From: an uncultured bacterium | GTDB lineage: Bacteria > Babelota > Babeliae > Babelales > Vermiphilaceae | DNA: 64,000 nucleotides | Assembly (NCBI GenBank): GCA_963719415.1 | Contig: OY970383.1 | Span: 748,100 to 812,099 of the forward strand | Direction: 5' to 3' | Shown: one piece after another, positions 45,689 through 53,335 of the stretch | Layout of the letters: every line of letters starts with the position of its first letter | How positions within the stretch are numbered: position 1 is the stretch's first letter | Translations under genes and position numbers: made by a program | Notes under the pieces: generated by a model | Databases searched by the model: none | What the model was told of the DNA's origin: nothing | Seen by the model: only the letters and a program-made list of their open reading frames with translations

Positions 45689-48474
45689 TGAATATACATA
45701 CTCTATTTAAAAAAATTACTCTATTTCGTATTCTTAGTATATGTTTTATAACCTATTTTATAGTCTGTTCGGTGATCATGGCTGATAGTCAGATTCCTTC
45801 TGCACTCGATAACGATTCAGCTGAATTTTCTGCTATAGATAAAATAGATATTCAGAGCATAGAAGAAAAAACACGCGCAACAGAAATAAAATATCAGACT
45901 AATACTCAAGAAAAAAAAGATGAACTCATTTTATTTAAACCAAAAAATGAAAATAAGCTGGAAATTATTATAAATCGCCTTGCTGAGCTTTCCGGTAGAA
46001 ATATTATACTTCCCCAAGAAGCATCGTTTAAAGATATCACCGTAAACTTTGATTACCCTGAAAAAATAAGTATTGAAGATGCTTGGGAAAAATTTTTGCC
46101 AACCGTACTTGATATTGCCGGATATAGCATTTGTCCAAAAGGAGACTTATATGCGATTATCAAAAATGAAAAAGAGATAAGCAAAGAACCTATGCCTATC
46201 TATATTAATACTACTAATTCAGATAAAAATATACCCGACACAGATCAAAGAATTCGTTACCTTCACTATTTTACCAATATAAAGATTCTTACTATTAAGG
46301 ATGTTTTACAAGGTCTTGTAGCTGGATTATTCCCTTCTGACACTATTTTTGAAATGGATCCTTCCACCAACTCATTTATTCTCTGCGCCAAAGCAAACAA
46401 TATAAAAGCATTCCTAAAAATTATTGAACCGCTGGATATTCCGGGTTTTCAAGAAGAATATGATATTATAGAACTCAAATATGCTGATGCAAAAACCGTC
46501 GCTGCTATTTTTAATGATCAGATTTTAAAATCAGAACAAGATCGTAATCGCTACCGACTCGATGCAAAAAAAGAATCAAAAGAGACCTATTTTTCAAGCA
46601 CGGTAAAAATAATTCCAGCAGAAAGACTACGTTCTCTTATTTTATTAGGAAAACCTCAAGCGATTCAAAGAATCAAAGATGTTATTAAAAAATATATTGA
46701 TGTTCCTGTTGATAAAGCCGAATCTATTATTCATACCTATCAGCTACAATATCTTGATGCATATGATTTAAAACCAATACTTGAACAAGTAATACAATCA
46801 AAAAGAGGAGGTGGCACCGGTCAATCTCAAGGTCAAAATAGCGAAATGGGGCCAGAGCGTTGGTTCCAGGACGTAATCATCTATGCTGATAGTGTAAAAG
46901 AAAAGGACCACTCCCTTAAATATCCAGGAACCAATACATTGATTGTGGCTGCGCAAGCTGATGATTGGAAGCAGATCAAAGAATTAATCAAAAAATTAGA
47001 TTCTCCTCAGCCACAGGTATTAATAGAAATCCTTATCGCCGATTTAACGTTAAATGATGCTCGTAACTTAGGTGCTATTACCCGTAATCCAGACAATTTC
47101 TCTTTACCTGGCTCTATTAATTTTCAATCCGCTCACTTTAATGGCATTATAACCGATAGCCCTGTTTCTACCGGTGGTACGCCAACTACCATAAAAGCTG
47201 ATCTTCTTGGTGATACAGCAGTAGGCAGCAAACCAGGACAAACATTGGTTTCTCTCAATGATAGCAATGGTGCAACATGGAGTTTGCTACAAATAATAAA
47301 TAGTTTTACCGATTCAAAAGTACTTTCTCATCCGCATATTATTACCACCAATAATCAGTCAGCATTAGTATCCTCAGGGGAAAATCGATTACTTCCTGAC
47401 GAAGCTAGTGGAGCAACGGGGGGTACTGCAACTCAAGTATTTAGAACGGTCAAAGCAGATTTGGAGATAAATATTAAGCCTCGTATAAGCTCTGACAACC
47501 TTATCAATCTGCAAATTGACATTAATGTTGATCATTTTGCTATAGACAATCCCGTAAGCGGCACAAAAATTACCCGCAAGCTGGTAACTAATGCTAATGT
47601 ACCCAACAAAACAATCTTGCCTCTTGGTGGTATTATTCAAAAGGGTAATAGAGTTTCTCAAAATGAAACTCCCCTATTAGCTCGCATCCCTCTTATTGGA
47701 TGGTTATTCAAAAATAGAAGCGGTGATGTTGCTGAAAGTCATGTCACCATATTTATTTTACCAACAATCATACAGCCTCGCCTCCGTCCAGGAATTAGTA
47801 AATATACCAGCGATTATATTCATCTATCACAACAATATGCTGATGAAGGAAATTTATTTGATAGACTCAAAGAACCGATAACTCACCTGTTTTTTAAAAC
47901 CGATCATGATATAGAACAGGAAATTAATACTTTTCTATCAAAAGATGAATTTAAAACAGACTTCTATTCTCATCATAACGGCCCAGATGATAATCCAGAA
48001 CAAAGCTTTACCGAAATAGATAAAGAAAAAAAACAAACAAAATTAGAAAAAAAACGTAAAAAAACTAATAAAAACAAAAAAATTCGAATACGAACAACGG
48101 GTACTGATGATACAGATAGCGAGCACACGAATAACACAGAACAGGATTCTTCTGAGACAGATTCTGAAGCTGGTGTAAATGCTGCTACGACTGATACAGA
48201 CACCCATACAAAACATATAAAACAAGCAAAAAAATCTCCAACACAAATACGAACCAGAAAACGAAAAATTAATACGAGCGATAACCCAGAAGAGAATTCT
48301 ACCGATCCCTTTATAGATACAGAACAGATGAACCCAGAAGAATCTCAAAGACGAACCCAAGAAATTAATACTGCACGAGAAATTAATACTGAAGGTCCAT
48401 CGCTCAAAGAGATATTAAAAGACTCAGAAAATCCTTTTACCCGCAATAAACAACAACAAACTTTAAAAACTTAA
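45688..48474 (+). CDS. secretin (GspD/PilQ family) B, with a long low-complexity C-terminal extension
   Basis: TAATG overlap with the preceding stop. N0-like LEIIINRLAELSGRNIILPQEASFKDITVNFDY. N domains (YDIIELKYADAKTVAAIF; HTYQLQYLDAYDLKPILEQV). Core PQPQVLIEILIADLTLNDARNLGA ... ILPLGGIIQKGNRVSQNETPLLARIPLIGWLFKNRSGDVAESHVTIFILPTII. A ~200-aa K/T/E/D-rich tail follows. Confidence 0.85.
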   Translation: MNIHTLFKKITLFRILSICFITYFIVCSVIMADSQIPSALDNDSAEFSAIDKIDIQSIEEKTRATEIKYQTNTQEKKDELILFKPKNENKLEIIINRLAELSGRNIILPQEASFKDITVNFDYPEKISIEDAWEKFLPTVLDIAGYSICPKGDLYAIIKNEKEISKEPMPIYINTTNSDKNIPDTDQRIRYLHYFTNIKILTIKDVLQGLVAGLFPSDTIFEMDPSTNSFILCAKANNIKAFLKIIEPLDIPGFQEEYDIIELKYADAKTVAAIFNDQILKSEQDRNRYRLDAKKESKETYFSSTVKIIPAERLRSLILLGKPQAIQRIKDVIKKYIDVPVDKAESIIHTYQLQYLDAYDLKPILEQVIQSKRGGGTGQSQGQNSEMGPERWFQDVIIYADSVKEKDHSLKYPGTNTLIVAAQADDWKQIKELIKKLDSPQPQVLIEILIADLTLNDARNLGAITRNPDNFSLPGSINFQSAHFNGIITDSPVSTGGTPTTIKADLLGDTAVGSKPGQTLVSLNDSNGATWSLLQIINSFTDSKVLSHPHIITTNNQSALVSSGENRLLPDEASGATGGTATQVFRTVKADLEINIKPRISSDNLINLQIDINVDHFAIDNPVSGTKITRKLVTNANVPNKTILPLGGIIQKGNRVSQNETPLLARIPLIGWLFKNRSGDVAESHVTIFILPTIIQPRLRPGISKYTSDYIHLSQQYADEGNLFDRLKEPITHLFFKTDHDIEQEINTFLSKDEFKTDFYSHHNGPDDNPEQSFTEIDKEKKQTKLEKKRKKTNKNKKIRIRTTGTDDTDSEHTNNTEQDSSETDSEAGVNAATTDTDTHTKHIKQAKKSPTQIRTRKRKINTSDNPEENSTDPFIDTEQMNPEESQRRTQEINTAREINTEGPSLKEILKDSENPFTRNKQQQTLKT

Positions 48475-49707
48475 CAAATCTTCTTCGAGTCTGAGTATTC
48501 TATTATATTTTGACATGCGCTCACCTCGGCAACAAGCACCTGCTTTTATGATATTAGCGCTGACTCCAACTGCTAAATCTGCAATAAAAGATTCGTTTGT
48601 TTCGCCTAAGCTATGAGAGATTATCGTATTAAGATTATATTCTTTGCATAATCTTATAGCCTGTAAAGTCTCTGTGAGGGTGCCGATCTGACTGGGTCTT
48701 ATTACCACGGTGTCTGTAATTTCTTGCTGAATACCATTCCAAATTAATGATGCATGAGACGCAAAAATATCATTTCCCACAATACGCGTTTTAGATTTAA
48801 GTTCAGCATACAATAATGCCCAATGCTGCCAATCTGAGGCTGCCAACCCATCTTCTATTGAATAGATAGGATACTGAAAAACTATTTTTTTATACCATTC
48901 TACAAGCTCTTCGGCCAAAATCTTTTTACCCTGCCAATTATACATTTTATGGTGAGAATCATATAATTGTGAAGCTGCTATATCTAACGCAATCATTATG
49001 GTCCCATCAAACTCCTTACCAGCAATTTCTATTGCCATAGTTAAGCAATCGAGAACATCTACTTCAGACATATTTTCTGGTACAAATCCTCCTTCATCGC
49101 CAACTGCTGTAGGCTTTCCCTGCTGTATTAATAATTGTCTAAAAGTCTGAAATACCATAACACCAGCTTCAACAGCCATGCGAAAACTACTCATGCCAAC
49201 AGGAACAACCATAAAGTCTTGAATCTGTAATGCATTATTCGCCTGTTTACCTCCATTAACCAGATTAAACATAGGACTTGGAAGGGTTACTTCATCAAAT
49301 CCACACAGATAGGCTATCAATTCATAAATCTCTATACCTTCACAAAAAGCCTGAGCTTTAGCCACAGCCAAACTCACTGCTATCATCGTATTAACACCCA
49401 ATACCGATTTGTTTTCAGTACCATCAAGTTCTATCAGTTCTGTGTCTAGCTCTACAACATTAGGCTCTCTGCCAATCAACAGAGGAGCTATCTTCGTTTC
49501 TATGATATTAATAACTTTTAATACCCCATGACCCATTAATCGTGATTCGTTATCAAAAAGAGCTACTGATTCATGTTTACCAACAGAGAGTCCAGAAGGT
49601 GCTGCTGCCATTACTCGCACATCATTATGTAATATTAATTCACACTCAATAGTGGGCAAACCGCGTGAATCATAAATCTCACGAGCCGTAACATTCTTTA
49701 TCTTCAT
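48463..49707 (-). CDS. eno: enolase-family protein with substituted catalytic residues
   Basis: Colinear with bacterial enolases (REIYDSRGLPT, AAAPSG, AVGDEGGF, ALDIAASQ, YSIEDGL, IKAG...RGERMSKYNRILRLEE). Divergent at GGKQAN, QDFMV, VGNDIF, VIRPSQIGT and SHSLGETNES. Its 3' end overlaps the secretin B 3' end by 12 bp. Confidence 0.8.
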   Translation of the reverse strand: MKIKNVTAREIYDSRGLPTIECELILHNDVRVMAAAPSGLSVGKHESVALFDNESRLMGHGVLKVINIIETKIAPLLIGREPNVVELDTELIELDGTENKSVLGVNTMIAVSLAVAKAQAFCEGIEIYELIAYLCGFDEVTLPSPMFNLVNGGKQANNALQIQDFMVVPVGMSSFRMAVEAGVMVFQTFRQLLIQQGKPTAVGDEGGFVPENMSEVDVLDCLTMAIEIAGKEFDGTIMIALDIAASQLYDSHHKMYNWQGKKILAEELVEWYKKIVFQYPIYSIEDGLAASDWQHWALLYAELKSKTRIVGNDIFASHASLIWNGIQQEITDTVVIRPSQIGTLTETLQAIRLCKEYNLNTIISHSLGETNESFIADLAVGVSANIIKAGACCRGERMSKYNRILRLEEDLLSF

Positions 49708-49840
49708 ATTTCTCCTTTTTTTTAAACATTTAGCAAATTAGCATAACAAAAAAATATATCTCAAAGCCATAGGCTAAAAATAGCTGCTAAATGGGTGAGC
49801 GAAAAAATTAAATTTACCTTTTCTTAACCCTGACAAAATC

Positions 49841-49871
49841 TTGACAATGTGGGAGCCCTTAGTAGTATATT
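49841..49871 (+). promoter_or_regulatory. candidate sigma70-type promoter
   Basis: Perfect TTGACA at 49841-49846. Either TAGTAT at 49863-49868 (16-nt spacer) or TATATT at 49866-49871. About 95 bp upstream of ATG 49963. Low specificity in AT-rich DNA. Confidence 0.3.
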
Positions 49872-49962
49872 CCTGTCATAAAAAAGAAACCATTATAGCT
49901 ATACCCATAATAAATTTTTTATAATAAAGGTTTATTATAAAAAAACATAGGAGATCGTAGCA

Positions 49963-50606
49963 TGAAACAAGTTCTCATTAAAAATAAATTAATAATAGTT
50001 ACTTTAGCTTTATTTTCGATAATTAATCTCTTTACCATAACTAGTTTATTTGCTGCGCAAGAAGGTAAAAAACCAGAAAAACCAGAAAAAAAAACAAAGA
50101 ACTAATTGAGCTATACCAACAATACCTTGACCACAAACAGACTGTTTATAAAATCAAAATTTGATGCCAACTCTCGTGAAATAGCACGACTACTTTTAGA
50201 TGCTCATGCTGATATTAATGCTAAACAAATTACTGGCACAAATGCTGAATTCCACAACACCATAGGATCAAGTGCATTGCATCATGCGTCGGCATCGGAT
50301 AGATGTCCTCTAGAAGTAATAGAAATATTGTCTGAAAACATGGATGCTATGCATATTCCAGTAGACGATAATGGCGATACTCCTTTTGACTACTTATGCA
50401 AAACAATAGAAAATGATACGCAACAATTTTTTTTCCCAAAAGCAGCGACACTGCTGTGGTGGTCACATGCTTACCAATTTGCAAAAGCTCGTAATTACCT
50501 TCCAGAACCAGAAACAGCACCTCTTTTAACTGATGGCTTCAATGCTATTGTTTATGATGCACAATGCGCTCGCAAAGACTTCCCTCTTGTCCTGCCTACA
50601 ACATAA
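49963..50606 (+). pseudogene. ankyrin-repeat protein interrupted by an in-frame TAA
   Basis: ATG 49963 opens MKQVLIKNKLIIVTLALFSIINLFTITSLFAAQEGKKPEKPEKKTKN, then TAA at 50103-50105. The same frame continues into ORF 50106..50606, which has only a TTG start and carries ANK-like LLLDAHADINAK...GSSALHHASAS. Confidence 0.45.
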
Positions 50607-50812
50607 AAGCATTTAATAAATTGATGCATGAATCAGCCAAAAAATCAACTCCAATTACTTATAAATGAAACCCTATCCGTTAATACAGATATTTCCCATA
50701 TTATAATAAATTATGCATGCAAATATACACCGTTTCCTATATATAGCAAAGCGTTGATAAATAACCCCAAAAGAATATACTAATTTCTAAACAAAAATTT
50801 AGGAGTTATAGT

Positions 50813-51684
50813 ATGTATAGCGTAGACATAAGAAAAAAAGCTCTCGATTTATTAATCGAGAAGAAAATGAAAAAAACAGAAGTAGCATTGTTGCTTGATA
50901 TAGACAGAAAAACATTATATACATGGAATAAAATATTCAAAAAAGAAGGCCGCATTGCACCATTATCAGATCGAACAAAATCTGGAAAAAGCAGAAGAAA
51001 ATTAGATTTAGTTAAATTTAAACTTTTTTTGGACGAACATCAAGATTGGACCATTAAAGCAATGACTGAAGCGTTGAAAGTTGGTAAAACAGCAGTAGGA
51101 ACAGCTATAAAGGCTCTTGGTTACACTCGAAAAAAAAACAATATTTATTCAAAGAAAGAATAGAGAAAGCACGAATAGAGTTTGCAGAGAAAGTAAAAAA
51201 AATAAAAAAATCAGAATTGGTATATTTTGACGAATCTGGAATTGACAATAACGAACGATATGCATATGGATGGGGATTGCGTGGCAAGCGCGTTTTTGCT
51301 GAAAAACCCGGGAATTCTACGCAAAGAACAAGTATTTGCGCAGGTCTTTTTGAAAATAAACTTTGTGCGCCTTTAATATTCGATGGTTATTGCAATAAAG
51401 AAATTATTAAATGTTATTTTGAGGCTGTTTTGCTGCCACATATAGGCACTGGAAAGACTATTGTTTTAGATAACGCATCGTTTCACAAATGGATCGAAAT
51501 CTCTGATATTGTAAATAAAGCTGGTTGTTCTTTGCTTTTTTTACCTGCTTATTCTCCAGACTTAAACCCAATAGAACATCATTGGGCTTACCTAAAAAAT
51601 AATATTAGGCGTGAGCTTGAATTTGTTGAAAATGATATTTGGAAAGCGACTTGTAATGCATTTGAGAAAATGGGGAATTCTTAG
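50813..51684 (+). CDS. IS630-family transposase, orfA/orfB joined by a -1 frameshift
   Basis: orfA has an HTH (KKTEVALLLDIDRKTLYTWNK). orfB has a DDE triad: VYFDESGID, IVLDNASFHK, DLNPIEHHW. The -1 frame is open from the A8 run (51131-51138) into orfB, giving ...GYTRKKKQYLFKERIEKARIEFAEKVKKIKKSELVYFDESG. Confidence 0.8.
51131..51138 (+). promoter_or_regulatory. A8 slippery run, candidate programmed -1 ribosomal frameshift site
   Basis: In frame 0 it reads cga aaa aaa aac. Slipping back one nucleotide on A AAA AAA enters the orfB frame, with no stop before the DDE domain. Confidence 0.5.
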
Positions 51685-51932
51685 TGCGCTATGCTATATC
51701 AAGCGCTGGCTTATCGAGAAGGTGATAATGAATTATACATACCCAACACACGTCATATTAAAGAACCCAAAAAAAAATTGCATTATATCATAACAAAATA
51801 TATAGACTGCAAATATTTATGGTATAAAAAAATATTGGTATAATATTCGCCATTTTTTTTTGTTTATATATAATATCTCTATGTGTAACATCTATGCTTA
51901 ACATTAATTTTCTTTACTCAAGGGCCGCTTTC

Positions 51933-52208
51933 ATGAAATTACATATAGCCATATTATTCAGCGCTTGCTGTATCGCCAACAGCCTGTATCCTGCTGAAAA
52001 AAAATCGAATCGCGCTACTCGTGCTGAACTTGCTCGCACTGCTAGAAATCATGCCGCCGCTGCCCAACAACTACTTGCTGGCGATCCTAATGCTGCTCTT
52101 ACTATAAGCTTAAAAAATTTGGTAGAACATCTTTATACAAGGCCAGAGCCAAGAGTTGCAAGACCATCATTTAGCAACCGATATGAACCTAGTAGTTTAA
52201 ATAAATAG
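51933..52208 (+). CDS. hypothetical small secreted protein
   Basis: The internal Met gives signal MKLHIAILFSACCIANSLYPA. Ala/Arg-rich mature part. Locally GC-richer codons than neighbouring genes. Confidence 0.4.
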   Translation: MKLHIAILFSACCIANSLYPAEKKSNRATRAELARTARNHAAAAQQLLAGDPNAALTISLKNLVEHLYTRPEPRVARPSFSNRYEPSSLNK

Positions 52209-52260
52209 ATACTAAAAAAACTAGCTCTTAAAAAGCAAAACTGTTTTCATAAAAATAGTA

Positions 52261-53319
52261 TTATGCAAACAGTTTTGCGGTGTTTGGATATTCTCGCTTT
52301 GCGTCTTGGGTTTGCATAACATATCGCAATGAAAGATATGGTTCTCCTACAAAAGAACAGACCAATTTTGTAACACCACTAACCGGTAAAAGTTTTTTAA
52401 CTATACCTTTCATCTTTTTATTTCCTTCATGCCGCCATTGAGGTAAAAGATCTATTTCTCCTACAAAAGAACAGATCAAATCAGCAACATTACCGACAGG
52501 TATAAATTTTTGGATTTTATTTTTCATATTTTTATTTTGCTTATTTCTCCATTGAGGTGATACTTCATGAATCTTTTTCATTTCTTTGTTAATGGTACAA
52601 AACAAAGGAAGATGGTCCGGATTCTCTTGTGCAAGATAATAATGTGGTAATTGTCTCTTATCATTTAAAAGACAATCCTGATATGGCAACCACCATAACA
52701 ATAATGCCATTTTTTCTCCAAAATCAGTAGCATCTTTGCTCATTAAACATAGATTATGTAAGGGGGTATCTGTATGTTCTTTATATACAGGCATAATACA
52801 ACGCGAGAGAAATTCTATTACCTTTGTAGAGCGATTACGCGTTACCGCTTTATGTAGTGCTGTAACTCCCGGCATACATTGATAATTAAAATTAGCACCA
52901 AGCTCCGAAAAAATGCCTAATGTTTTCTCTGCCTTTGCAAAATATACAGGTGTTTCTCCGTATACGTCAAGAAATTCTAAAGAAGCACCATACATTACGC
53001 AAGCTCTAATAAGATCATTATCATTCAATAAGCAGGCATGCTTTAATAAAAAGGCTGACCCATATCCATTTATATTTGGATTAGCGCCTTGACGAATCAA
53101 ATCTATCATTTTCCTACTATTTTCAAACCAGGTAATCTTGCAGGCAATTTGACTAGATATTCTGAAAAGCTTTTTTAATTTTTGCGTGAGTAATTCGTTA
53201 TAAACTATTTGTTTGGGCCCATTGCTTTTTAAGCATAATTGCTGTTGAGATTCAGATGCCCAAAATAGTATATACGATGTAAATAAAAAAATTATTGCTA
53301 AAGTAAGTCTGTTTTTCAT
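52261..53319 (-). CDS. ankyrin-repeat protein with a duplicated C-terminal ~33-aa module
   Basis: ANK-like repeats (LIRQGANPNINGYGSAFLLKHACLLNDNDLIRACVMYGASLEF; GVTALHKAV). C-terminal repeats QWRNKQNKNMKNKIQKFIPVGNVADLICSFVGE / QWRHEGNKKMKGIVKKLLPVSGVTKLVCSFVGE. Hydrophobic N-terminus. Confidence 0.75.
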   Translation of the reverse strand: MKNRLTLAIIFLFTSYILFWASESQQQLCLKSNGPKQIVYNELLTQKLKKLFRISSQIACKITWFENSRKMIDLIRQGANPNINGYGSAFLLKHACLLNDNDLIRACVMYGASLEFLDVYGETPVYFAKAEKTLGIFSELGANFNYQCMPGVTALHKAVTRNRSTKVIEFLSRCIMPVYKEHTDTPLHNLCLMSKDATDFGEKMALLLWWLPYQDCLLNDKRQLPHYYLAQENPDHLPLFCTINKEMKKIHEVSPQWRNKQNKNMKNKIQKFIPVGNVADLICSFVGEIDLLPQWRHEGNKKMKGIVKKLLPVSGVTKLVCSFVGEPYLSLRYVMQTQDAKREYPNTAKLFA

Positions 53320-53335
53320 AATTTTTATCTGTTAA

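Larger units (their letters stand above)
50741..51699 (+). mobile_element. IS630/Tc1-mariner-family insertion sequence
   Basis: Candidate 13-bp imperfect terminal repeats: atatagcaaagcg (50741-50753) and cgctatgctatat (51687-51699), 12/13 complementary. They enclose the two-frame transposase. Confidence 0.55.
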
